Assembly (NCBI GenBank): GCA_010093705.1
Contig: MU006101.1
Location: 1 to 64,000, forward strand
Direction: 5' to 3'
Source of the DNA: Patellaria atrata CBS 101060
Taxonomy: Eukaryota
Length of the DNA stretch: 64,000 nt
Shown piece by piece: positions 12,979 to 24,283 of the stretch. Below the pieces are notes generated by a model. It saw nothing but the letters and a program-made list of their open reading frames with translations. It ran no database searches and was not told where the DNA came from. Every line of letters starts with the position of its first letter. The stretch's first letter is position 1. A program made the position numbers and the translations under genes.

Positions 12979-13153
12979 TATACTTCAGCTTCTCTTGGCA
13001 TAGGACTTGTCACCCTCCTTCTACCTAGTTCGTTTCGACTGCATAGCTCACGTCTACCTCCGCAATATCCATCACGAAGGTACTATACCCTTTGCATATG
13101 TTCCTTGGGTGGGCTGAGCAGATCCGAACTTGCACTCCTAATCCGCCGTAAAT

Positions 13154-13663
13154 ATGGCGGGTCTAAAGACTATCATCGCCCTATCCTTCGTAAGGCGCTA
13201 AGCTCCGTGAACTTCCCCAGCTATATCTCAGTAGCTAACCATGTGATATTCTAGGTCCTTGCTATCGGCTTTCTCCTCGTTATCTTATCCTGTGCTCTAT
13301 GGCATCAATATCTTCCGCTCCTCGTCGTGGCAACATACGTTGTAGCGCCATTACCAAACTGGGTCTGTAGCCGCGCAGCAAACAATGACGACTTCATGGA
13401 GAGTTCTAGCAACGGTGTCGTCGACTTCGGAAGGTTTATGACAGGATTTTTAGTAGTTATGGGTATTGGTATGTGATGTCCGTGACGATTAAGTGGAGAA
13501 CAAGGATGTGCTAACGAGGTATAATATAGCGTTGCCTGTTCTCTTTGCGCACTGCGGGTTAATAACTGCACCAGCCATGGTTATGTCTGTCCTCGGAGGC
13601 TTGCTGATATACGCAACTATTATCAGCTTTACCATGTTCTTCCAGGAGGAGCAAGACTTCTAA
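13154..13663 (+). CDS. VPS55: Vacuolar protein sorting 55 (Vps55/OB-RGRP family), 3 exons
   Basis: MAGLKTIIALSF/VLAIGFLLVILSCAL...PLLVVATYVVAPLPNWVC...DFGRFMTGFLVVMGI/ALPVLFAHCGLI...MFFQEEQDF*. Confidence 0.93.
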
Positions 13664-13980
13664 GCCTAGGAAAGAGTAACGTCGAGCAGGAGGATTAGGG
13701 GTCTCTGTACATTATATGCATCAACATAGTTTTGGGTCGGGAGCAGGCGCTTTCCAACTTTGTAGTATTCTCATATTCTTATGTTCAGCGTACAGTTCTT
13801 CGATTGCGTCATTTTGGAGATTAATGCACCAGATGGATGTATGATTATCGCGAACTAATTGAATGGCTAAGAATATTACACTATCGTGTCCAGCACCTTG
13901 AGTATTATACAGAAAGAACCCGTGCTTAAGGATTTCATAGCTTAAAATTTATACATCTACGCCAAGAATGCCGTAACCGT

Positions 13981-14665
13981 TTAAAGTGCCAAATTATACG
14001 TATACTCATCTTCCATGTTTTGCGCTACCCAGAGTATGACGCAGCTAGGGGTGAATAGTTAGTTGTATATCAACCCACAGAAACTGGTAAGCGCGTACCT
14101 GAGCATAATGAGCGCATTCGCAACTACGTTCGAGACCCCAAACCATAACGTCGGGAAGGGATAATCAGGGACAACGTATTTCAGGACCATTACCGTCTAA
14201 TACTGTTAGCCCACACATCTTGCATTCGGACAGTATATGTTGTATCCAAACATACCACGGAGCCAGCCAAACCGCCCGCGATAAGCGCAAACCCCAAAAA
14301 CAGTACCAGCCGCGCTTTCCACGCAACCCCATTCCCAGAGTAACTAAAAGTGTCCGCGCTCAACCGTGACTTGTCGATCGAGTTGATGACCAGCATTCCG
14401 AGCGCGGAGCAAATGCTTGGTATCCAGTCCACAAAGGTGATATGCACGTTGGAACCGTTCCGAGCTGATTTGGAGAACGCGGCGGCGTCGATGAAGAAGT
14501 AGAAACCGAGGGAGAACTGCGGATCCTGTTAGACGGGGTCTGGTGGGTTCTGGGGAGCTGGAGTGAGCATACGATAGCGCCGGCTGCATAGACGCCTGCT
14601 GTCCGCGTGTTGGCGTTGTTAAGCCACTGTGGCTTGGGGAAGCGGAAGAGTCGGTGACTGGACAT
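13981..14665 (-). CDS. VPS68: Vacuolar protein sorting 68 (UPF0220/TMEM50 family), 4 exons
   Basis: MSSHRLFRFPKPQWLNNANTRTAGVYAAGA...HITFVDWIPSICSALGMLVINSIDKSRL...AWKARLVLFLGFALIAGGLAGS...EDEYTYNLAL*. Confidence 0.93.
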
Positions 14666-14882
14666 GGTGTTTTAGAGGACTCGGTAGAATAGAGGAGAAA
14701 GTCGCGAGTATTTTGCGAGTATTCGAAGGCGCTTGGATGCACTTGACGGATAGGTAGGTGATGTCGTTGAGAGGCTGGAGTGATGCATTGTCGCGTCCCG
14801 AGGTTCAACCGTACTCACATAGATATTTAATGCTTCCGTCTGAACCATAAATCCGTATTGATATCTCCAAATAGTGTAGTTG

Positions 14883-15988
14883 ATGCCACGGCTACCATAC
14901 CAATTGCTACGACATGCTCACAGGATTGACTCCAACCTACCAACCCTTCTCAAGTCATGTCGGGACCTAGATTCGGCACGAAACGAGCTGCGATGGCTCC
15001 GCGAGTATGTCCTTAAAAATTCCCAAATAACAGGAACACCAAAGCCAAAGACAGGATGGCAAACCACATTACGAGGACTATGCGAAGAGCGCGGCAAAGG
15101 TCGCCCCTTGCAATATCTCCTAGGGACCGAGTATTTCGGTGACCTAGAAATCGTGTGCAAGCCCGGAGTCCTAATCCCCAGGTATGTCGACTCCAACCCG
15201 TCCCAGACCCCAAAACCATCACCAGAAGCTCACACCTCACTTATCCCAACCTCAGACCCGAAACCGCAGCTTCAATAACATACCTCCTATCCCGCTTACA
15301 CAATCCCTTCCTCCCCTCCCACCTCCGCATCCTCGACCTCTGCACCGGCACCGGCTGCATCCCCCTGCTAATCCGACATCTCTTCCACAGCCCCCGCACA
15401 ACCCTCCACCTCCACGGCATCGACATCTCCCCCCTCGCCATCCGTCTCGCGCGCCTAAACACCGCTCTCCTTTCCCCTCCCACTACCCAAAGCTCAAACA
15501 CAAACCCCATCCCGACCTTTGCCCTCGCAGACATCCTCGCCCCCTTAACCCTCCACCAACCCCACAACATCCTCACCGCAAACCCGCCCTACATCTCTCT
15601 CTCCTCCTTTCGCACGACACCGCGCTCCGTCCGCTCTTTCGAGCCCCGGGCTGCCCTAGTGCCGCCGTCTTCGCCAACCCTCTCCGACCAGGCGCAGGGG
15701 GATCGGTTTTACCCCCGCCTGCTAGAAATCGCAGACGAGGTCGGGGCAGAGGTCGTGCTAGTCGAGGTTGCAGATATGGCGCAGGCGCTAAGAGTGGTGG
15801 GGATGGCGAGGGGGAGGGGGTGGGAGGGGTTGGAGGTTTGGCGGAATGAGCCGGGGGCGAGGGCGGAGGAGGATAGTGGAGGTGGAGGGAGGGATTGCGC
15901 TGGGGATGGGGTGGTTGTTAGAGGGAGGGGTGATGGGAGGAGTGTGCTGTGTTTTAGAGGCGCGGGGAGGGAGTGGGTTCGGGGTTGA
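14883..15988 (+). CDS. MTQ1: Mitochondrial release-factor glutamine N5-methyltransferase (PrmC/HemK, Mtq1-like)
   Basis: GRPLQYLLGTEYFGDLEIVCKPGVLIPR/PET, ILDLCTGTGCI, NPPY and FEPRAAL motifs; one intron. Confidence 0.88.
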
Positions 15989-16850
15989 GGAGGGGGTACT
16001 CTGCTGGTGCTTGATGTAGTCGGATTGGTATAGCTTTCCGTATTCGTAACTTAGCTCACTACTTTCACGTTGAGCCATTCATGTGACTGTACGTAAGTCT
16101 GCATCTCAGCATAGGGTCGATCGTGGCTCACAGTGAGATCTCTACAATTTCAAAAGCGCGTGGGGAGTGCACATGACGGGACAGGGGGGTAGATATGGTG
16201 TGGTTGCTGAGACAGCATGTTGCTGGTGGCGAGGTCACATGCCTTCGCGTCACATTCGCAGTTCGAACGATCAAATGATGAAATTTGAACCTTGTACTCC
16301 AAAGCATCCATCACATGCAATACAAGCACCGATCCGCCGTACCAAACATCAAAGTGTCTTATTCAAAGCCCAGGTATTTGATTACCTATCCTCATTCCGA
16401 CCCTAAGCTCGATTTCAATATACTCAGTGCAGAAAAAGAAGGGGGAAACAGAAACGCCGCCGTAGCGAGTGCAAACACACAGGAACCACCGTTTGTAATC
16501 TCTACCGGTACTGAATCAACGCAATCCTCGCCTGCAGATATGGAAAACTGTCGAATGGATGATGGTAGAGCCAGAAGCAAACATTAGTAAAATGGATATT
16601 ATGGACAATTGCATGACACCGTGAAAGAAATGGTAGCATAAGGGAATCCATATCCATCCAACCATGTAGGGAACATCAAGGAGTAGTGGCACTGTCTCCT
16701 TTCGTGAAAATCCAACAGACAAGTCGTTCGTGCAATCGTGTTATTCCTCCATGTCGGATATGCAACATAGAAACCATCGTCTGGAGTTGTAGTAGTGTAG
16801 TCCACAACCGAGATTTATATTGTGCGGATTGATCGAGCAGAGTGTTCTCT

Positions 16851-17831
16851 CTAGCTTTCAGCAGCATCTCCGTTCTGCTGGCTGTTCTTGAGTTCCTCGA
16901 CGTCGACGCCTCGGTCGGCCAATGCCTTCTTGTAAATCTCGACTTCGCGCCACGCGCGTTGGCATTCCAACTTGAATTTATCACAGCTAGCGCTTAGTTC
17001 CGCGATGGCTTGCTCGGTGAGGAGTTTCTCCAGTGTCCATTTCTCGATGTTCTGGGATTCGTTCTCTTTGAGTTGGTTGATGAAGGAGACTGCTCGTTGC
17101 AGGATCGAACCCTTGTTCTTCTCGCAGCCTGGGACGATCTTGGCGAGCTCGTTGATACCCTCGTTGATGGTTTCGCGACGGCGTCGTTCAACTGCAGCTG
17201 TGATTAGATCTGGAGGTTCGTAACACAAAAAAGGTGGGATTGTTCGTACCTTCCTTGTGATTGTCTCTTCTAACTTTGTGCCACTCATCAGAGCCTACGG
17301 CAGGCTTGCTAGCTGGAGGGTTTTGAGAAGAATCTGCCCCGCTCTGTTGTGTACCTGCTTTGAGTGCATCAAGACTCGAGAAGTCCGTTAGGTGAGGTGA
17401 GTGTTGTAGATTGTGATCTCCCATGCTGAATGATGCGCTAAGCGGTCGCTCGTTATCTCCACTCGACGTCTGACTTTGAAACGATAGTTCAGTTGATTGT
17501 GGTACTGTCATGGAATAGTGAGAAAGAGCTGCTGCGGCAGTATCACTTGCGTTCCCTAGAGTTGAGGTCCCGTTTTGATGTAGGCTGTGGTCATTGTTAT
17601 GTTGGGTCAAGGCACTGAAGTCGAGGTTGGAATTCTGATGGTGGTTCATGTCGTCTGTGAAGGTTTGTTAGTTTAGTAGAGAAAGTCACATGTAGTAGTA
17701 AGTTTCATACCGTTTACTGAGGTGTTTGGAGCTGGTCTACCGCCTGCGTTATCGACCGATTCACGTTTTCGCTTGTTCGAAACCCCCACATTGTTATGCG
17801 TAGCCATGTCGGGCTTGGCATCGGATTCCAT
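16851..17831 (-). CDS. CBF1: bHLH-leucine zipper transcription factor, Cbf1-like, 3 exons
   Basis: KPAVGSDEWHKVRRDNHKE/VERRRRETINEGINELAKIVPGCEKNKGSILQRAVSFINQLKENESQNIEKWTLEKLLTEQAI. Confidence 0.88.
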
Positions 17832-19473
17832 GGCGAATGTGCTGGCTTTGGGGTATCTTTTACGATTGACCGTGAAGAATTTCGATGAATTAATGTTCGT
17901 GACCTTGATGACAAAGCACCGGTCCTGGTGATGCTTGAGATAGTAGTAGCCCAAGGATCATGCGCGAATCCGAGGATGGTGATTGCTATGCGTCGATTCG
18001 TTATAAAGTCTAGAAGGAATTCTACGAAACTGATAGCAAGCCGATCGATTTGACGTTTCGAAGATACAAACACGGATCAGATGAACGGGTTTCTGGCCAA
18101 AGCGTTCGGCCAATGGTTGCGGTTGTGGACACGTTCAATAGCAATCATGCGGGTCCGCCAACGATGATGAAATTTAGTCAGTGATCCAGTCTGAACAAAT
18201 TCTATGTTAGCACAGTGTTTCCAGAGGATTTGTCGAACGCGCGAAACATTTGCGCAATCAGGCGCTCTGTTATGACAGAGAATAAGATCCATTCTCTCGC
18301 GACGGAGAAGCTCAGTTTGGGATAGAAGCGCATAGTGACGCGCTGCACCCAATAAGCGTTCGGTAGTCGAGAAATGAATTCATGATGAGAGATGGGACGG
18401 TGCTAGAGAAGGACAGAGTTGAAGAGCCAACGCGCATTGTCGCCATCGTAGGGTTGATGAAATGGAAATCGATCTCAAATATGAAGACATGCTCAGTCAA
18501 CTAAAAGCGTACGCAAGAATGGTGTTCTGAATGGAGATATAGCTTGATAGGTATGAGGGTTGTATTAAGAGAAAACGTGTTCTTTATGGAGGGAGGTTTG
18601 GTTGTGTGCGCGGTCTTACCTTGGGTGAACTGGAAGAAAGAGGGCCGACAACGTGACTTCAAATCTCGTGATGAGGTGTCGCATATGCTTCGAGGGAATG
18701 AGGTTCAGTTGTTTACCTGTCGCGTAGATCGAATTCAAATCAAACGGGTATTCAAGTATAAGAAAAGAAATGGGGATTTAGAAGCAAGTGTAGAAGGCAA
18801 ATTTGCGCATAGAGCGGATTATAATCTTCTTCTTGATATCTCGTGGTTGTAAGTTGGTGTGAGGACAAATGCCTGATCATGTGAGATGGGGGTTGGGCCT
18901 GGTCTTTATGAAAGAGGAGGGGGAGGGAAGGTCAGACGAAGCGAAAGTGACCCCGAAAGTGACACCTCTTGGGGGGGATGCCCGGCAATGTTTCGCTTAG
19001 CAAATCTACATACCTTGCATTATATCTTTTTCTACTTTCACAATGAAAATCTTCGAAAGTAGTTTATCGGTCTGTCGGTGATATCCTTTGATGCTTTTCA
19101 GCTCAACTGTCCGCAAGGTTCCCGTCTTTCAGGTTCATCAGAGGTCAGGCATAATCCGTTCAGATACTGTAAGGTATGTTCAGTTTGCTTGGTAAGGTAT
19201 GGTTAATAAGGTATGGATGGGATGCGGGATGTCCGAGGCTGATGGAGGGCTCAGCCACTCAACGGGGAGAACGGGAACCTGTGCATCCAAGGCTCGGCGA
19301 CGGAAAGTCATGGGACTACAAAGGAGCTACCCTACTACTTCTTATAGTAAACACCATCTAACTCCACTGAATTATCCTTTTTCTCCTAATAGTCACGTAA
19401 AAAAAAAAATTTAAAATTAAAAATAAAAATAATATTAAAATTCAATATTAAATATAATCATTTCATTTATATA

Positions 19474-19993
19474 TGTTACGGCCACAAGTTGTGAAGACGT
19501 GCAGCGGACGAGGGGAGAGAGAGAGAGAGACCACTCGGCACAACCACGGAAGAGTCAGTGTCACGAGGATCATGTGACGTGATCGATAGTCGAGTGCTCG
19601 AAGGGTATTCGAGCAGTGAGCATCGAGCACAGGAAAACGGGACTGTGAAGAAGGAATACTTAAGGATCGCTCCTTTACGCATGTATTTCGATTCTTCGTA
19701 GTTCTTCTTACCAACATATCTTACTATAAGATTGGGGGTTACGATCTTTGACTTAACTCACCTTTGTCATACTGTGTTCGTACAGTATCACTTGTCTCTA
19801 CTGTGAAGCCTTTGAGAGAGAGTTAAGCGGAAGGAAGTTATATCGTTAGCTTGAAGTGTAAACCTTTATACGTTCTATCACGAAGCGGAAATCTACTCTT
19901 CTAAGAAGGAGGTTTCTCATCAGTGAGAAATCTTGCGCGTGTTTATACCTATCTGGTCTCGGCTTAGAGAAGTATAAACTCCCGTCAGTAACA
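19474..19993. mobile_element. Probable solo LTR (520 bp) inserted in an AT-rich tract
   Basis: Begins TGTTAC and ends GTAACA (6-bp terminal inverted repeat). Flanks ATATA/TTATA match at 4 of 5 positions, and very AT-rich DNA lies on both sides. Confidence 0.6.
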
Positions 19994-20898
19994 TTATATT
20001 TACATTATTTATTAAATATATTCTTATTAATAATTAGCGTAGCTACTCTCTGAATAGATATCGAATTTTGATTATTGATGTGGGATTTTTGCAGTCCCAC
20101 GACTTTTGTCGCCGAGCGTTGATCCTTGATCTATGTGGACCATCTCTCCCACACACACATCATCCTCAATCTAACCACTTTCTTCTGCATTCACGTGCCT
20201 ATTACTTATGTCTCGTAGATGGCGTCTCATCAATACAAATTTAGCTTCGTCTTAGTTGATTGATCAAGGATGCTAAGGTCCTATTCTACTCCGCCATTGA
20301 GCTGCAGCATCCCACTCACTTCCGCCATGCTGTAGTGCTCGTATTCTCCGCTGATGAGGTTTCTACTTCACTATTTCTCACTTGGTATCGGATTCTATTC
20401 CTGCTTCCAGTCTATCAAATCAATCTCCGAATCAACCCACTAGCTATTGTCCGAGTTGGTAGTAACAGCAGTCCGACTCCTCCACAGTATCATGCTTAAT
20501 CTCCTATCTTCTCTATAAGGCTTCTCTACCTTCTCTGTACACTCTAGGCTGGCCTTCTAACTTAATTCAAGCAAGGTGTGGGAGCTTGTACTAGTATTCT
20601 GTAAGGTATCAGGAAACGCGCCAGTATCGCAAATAAATCCCTTTGTGTCACTATGGAAGCCTCCTCTCATCTCTGCGAGAACGCCTTCTTCTTTTTAGTA
20701 AACTATCTCTAATTTCCCAATTCCACACGTCAAAGTAAATTTGTATATAAAATCTCACAGCGACATAATGTCATGTCCGATTTCTCATTATGTTCTTGAA
20801 GCTGTTGCGGTTCTATACTCACCAAGTATAAGCAAGTTTTCCATCGTTCCAACCCTTTTTACAAACATTTCCCCCTCAAGCCAATCAATACCGCAAGT

Positions 20899-22260
20899 AT
20901 GAAGAGCACTACAACACTTCTACTTGTTGCCACATTTATAACTTCTCCCATATATGGGTTGTCGGCTCCATATTACCAGTCTCCAGTTAGGGGTGTGGAA
21001 TCCAATGAATTCCTTCGAGGGGTCAACATAGGTGGATGGCTTGTTCTTGAACGATGGATGGTTCTGTTGGATTCTTGTCCTCATATCTCAATTCTTTCTA
21101 ATCTCTACAGGTTCCAGAAGTGTTCGAAGGGACCGAAGCTTCCGATCAATGGCAATTCGATCAAACTCCTGGCGCGACCCAAGCCCTTGATGAGCATTGG
21201 TCGACTTATTTCACAGAAGATGATGTCCGGTTACTGGTTTCCCATGGTATTAATGCGTATGTGTATCAATGAGCATAAGCCTGGAACCCCCATTAGAAAG
21301 CTAATACAAGACAGCATACGTATACCTATTGGATATTGGGCATACAACAATAGTGGCACTCCGTATATTCAAGGAGCCGATGTTTACCTGGAGCAAGCTA
21401 TCTCATGGTCTCGCACAGCAGGAATCAAAGTCATCGTTGACCTTCATGGTGCACCAGGGTCACAAAACGGGTTTGACAACTCTGGGCAACAAGGAGCGGT
21501 TGAGTGGCAGCATCTTTCCAATCTCGTCCGTACCTCCGTCATTCTCCAAGAAATCGCGACCAAATATGGTTCCCTTGACTATGCGGACGTCGTAGTGGGT
21601 GTTGAAATGGTTAACGAGCCAATATCATGGGGGGCCAACCAATTCAACATCACCAAGCAGTGGGCTACAGACATCTTTCCAGCATTGAAAGATGCCGCAG
21701 AAAATAAAGACCTTCAGATCATTGCCCAAGACGCTTTCATGGGTTCACGAAATTGGTTGGATGTTTCTGCAATACTGAATCCGAACTTTAGCTCCGTTGG
21801 TACCGCAGGTTTTGCAGTGGACTCCCATTACTACCAAGTCTTTGTGGAAGAAGATAACCAATTAACACAAGAAGGCCATATTCTCAAAGCGTGTGGCTGG
21901 GGTAACGATCTCCTACCTGCAAGAATAGACGGACTTCCCGTATATGTGGGTGAATGGAGTTCAGCTACCAACATTTGCATACACGCGAATGGAACGGTAA
22001 TTCCGGGATTTACTTGTGATGCTGTTGGATGCCAGTGTCAAAGTTCTACCCCTATTGAACAGTGGAATGAGTTGATGGTTGAGCAGGTTCGGAAATACGT
22101 GGAAGCTCAAATGGACGTTTGGGAGCAGTATACTAGTGGGTACTTTTTCTGGAGTTACAAAGGGCCTGGAGGATGGGGATTTCTCAGTGGCACAGAGAAA
22201 GGTACAATTCCCTCTCCTGTCACTTCGAGGTTGTACCGTCCTCAGTGCGTGTTGAGATGA
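20899..22260 (+). CDS. Secreted GH5 exo-1,3-beta-glucanase (Exg1-like)
   Basis: Signal peptide, LRGVNIGGWLVLERW, RIPIGYW, DLHGAPGSQNGFDNSG, catalytic NEP and VGEWS; introns 21061-21110 and 21257-21314. Confidence 0.92.
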   Translation: MKSTTTLLLVATFITSPIYGLSAPYYQSPVRGVESNEFLRGVNIGGWLVLERWMVLLDSCPHISILSNLYRFQKCSKGPKLPINGNSIKLLARPKPLMSIGRLISQKMMSGYWFPMVLMRMCINEHKPGTPIRKLIQDSIRIPIGYWAYNNSGTPYIQGADVYLEQAISWSRTAGIKVIVDLHGAPGSQNGFDNSGQQGAVEWQHLSNLVRTSVILQEIATKYGSLDYADVVVGVEMVNEPISWGANQFNITKQWATDIFPALKDAAENKDLQIIAQDAFMGSRNWLDVSAILNPNFSSVGTAGFAVDSHYYQVFVEEDNQLTQEGHILKACGWGNDLLPARIDGLPVYVGEWSSATNICIHANGTVIPGFTCDAVGCQCQSSTPIEQWNELMVEQVRKYVEAQMDVWEQYTSGYFFWSYKGPGGWGFLSGTEKGTIPSPVTSRLYRPQCVLR

Positions 22261-22671
22261 GAGGGGATAGCATTTTCTCATCTCCCCAGCCGATTTATAA
22301 AATTAAGTTGTTAGTACTACATCATATATACAATCTTAGAAGGGTTTCTTTCTGTTATGGTACGAGCTGGGTATGTATTCATGTACAAGTATTCCACCTC
22401 AGCGGTGAGTCTCTACACTATAGGGTTTAGATAATATAATTGGTCCATAATTGGTCCCGAAGATTCCCCGCAAACCCCAGATTTCTGTAACACCAAAATC
22501 ACTTTTGCTTGGTACAGTACACCGGAACCACAACTGACTGCAAACTACAATCATAAAGCTTCCAAATTCTCCACACATAAATTCGACATTGCGATCGATC
22601 ATTTCAAAGTTTAGAATCAACCCAAACCCACGCATATATTTTGTACATCTCGTATAACCTGCTAACACAAA

Positions 22672-24283
22672 ATGTCTGCCGATAACGTCACAAACCCTCC
22701 AACTGCCACGCAGTCGAAGAGCGCACGCAAGAAGAAAGCGAAAGCTGAGGCTGCTGCTACTGGAGCTTCTACTGTTGATTCCCCAAGTGTCGACTCCTCA
22801 GCTGAAACTAAGCTCAATGGCCATGATACCTCTTCCGAGAATGCCTTTGTCAAGGAGCTCCAAAAGTAAGTCACGGTAGCTTCGAAGTGTCAATTTACGC
22901 GTGAGTTTTAACACGAAGACTAGGAACCTTCGTAATGTGAATAAGAAGCTCGTAAGTTCCCCTCACACTTATGATCTAGCATTAGAACAAGGCTGAATTT
23001 GCATTTTAGAGTTTGATGAACAAAGTTGACGCCATTGTCGCCGAGAACCCCGACACTCCCCTAGAAGAACTCGTCGCTTCGCGCAAGATTAACCAAGATC
23101 AAAAGGCGCAGATTCTCAAGAAGCCTGGATTACAAGCTCAAGCCAAGCAATACGAGGACCAGCTTACCCAGTACAAGAAGTTCGACGAGGAATATCGAAG
23201 TCTTATCGCTAAAGAGAAGGAGACCTTACAATCTGCGCATAGTACTGAACTAGAGAAGTTACGGGATACCCTTAAGGCTGAAGCTGCGATAGAGTTGCAA
23301 CAAGCTTTGAGGGACCGCTTACTTACTCTATCAAGGTTTCTCAAGGCCGCTGCTACGAGGAGACAGAATCAAGATGACGGATCTGATCTCAGCAAAGGCT
23401 TCGAAGGTGCACTGCTCTTGGTTTATGGCGGTGATGCTGCGGCTGTAGCTGCAGCTGAGAAGCTTATCGAAGGCACGGATGATCCTCTAACTTCGACCGA
23501 AGGCCAGCTCCTCAGCGTTACCTGTAAGTAAACGGTCATATCTTGGATCCAATTCACAACTTATCGCTCACTTTACTTTTAGATAAGCAAATCAAGGAGG
23601 CGGCCCTCGAGGAGACTCCAGTCGATGAGATGGTTACGCCCGAGGCGCCCGAGGCGCCCGAACCTACAGAAGCTGGAGCTTCTCAAGTAGAACCCCAAGG
23701 GATGTCTTCAATTAGCACTGATCCTACAGTTGCTCTTGCAGGTCTCACTGAAGTTGACGACAATACGACAGTTGCCATTACTTCGGCTGGTGATGACATT
23801 GTCGATACCTCTACTGCCCCCCCAGCCGCAAGCATCGATTCTGCAGCGGCCAATTCTGCTGCTGAGGATCAATGGGATAACAAAGCCTCGGCATCGGACG
23901 ACCCATTAGCGGAGAGTTATGAAATAATTCCTCGTAACCCTTCAGAAACTGAGACCGGAGGAGTTCCAGCCCCAAGTACGAGCATTCAGAGCTGGGCTGA
24001 TGAGACATCTGACATGGCTCAATCCACTTCCGAACCTACGGCTACTCTCCCTAGTAACGGTAATGATGGCTTCCATGAGGTTCACCATAACCGTGGAGGT
24101 AGAGCTCGTGGCGGGCCCCAAGGCGAACACAGGGGTGGCTATCGTGGACGTGGTGGACCGCGTGGAGAAGGTAGAGGTAGGGGAGGCTTTCGAGGAGATC
24201 GTGGCGGAGAAGGTGGATATCGCGGACGCGGCAGAGGTGGTTATAGGGGTGGCCGCGGTCGCGGTGATTCCAATCAAAATTGA
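22672..24283 (+). CDS. Conserved fungal RNA-binding protein, Caprin-like helical N-terminus and C-terminal RGG repeats
   Basis: ELQK/NLRNVNKKL...KINQDQKAQILKKP coiled coil, acidic middle region, SWADE and DGFHEV motifs, RGG-rich tail; 3 introns. Confidence 0.7.

Noticed and set aside
19392..19480. Point-centromere look-alike: GTCACGTA, 74 bp of about 96% AT, then TGTT
   Set aside because: The CDEI has a mismatch and there is no CDEIII CCG core. The TGTTAC is better explained as an LTR end, and filamentous ascomycetes have regional centromeres.
21061..21314. Continuous 453-aa ORF through the GH5 gene suggesting dual coding
   Set aside because: Two introns (50 + 58 nt) happen to compensate. 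The real middle exon is in another frame.
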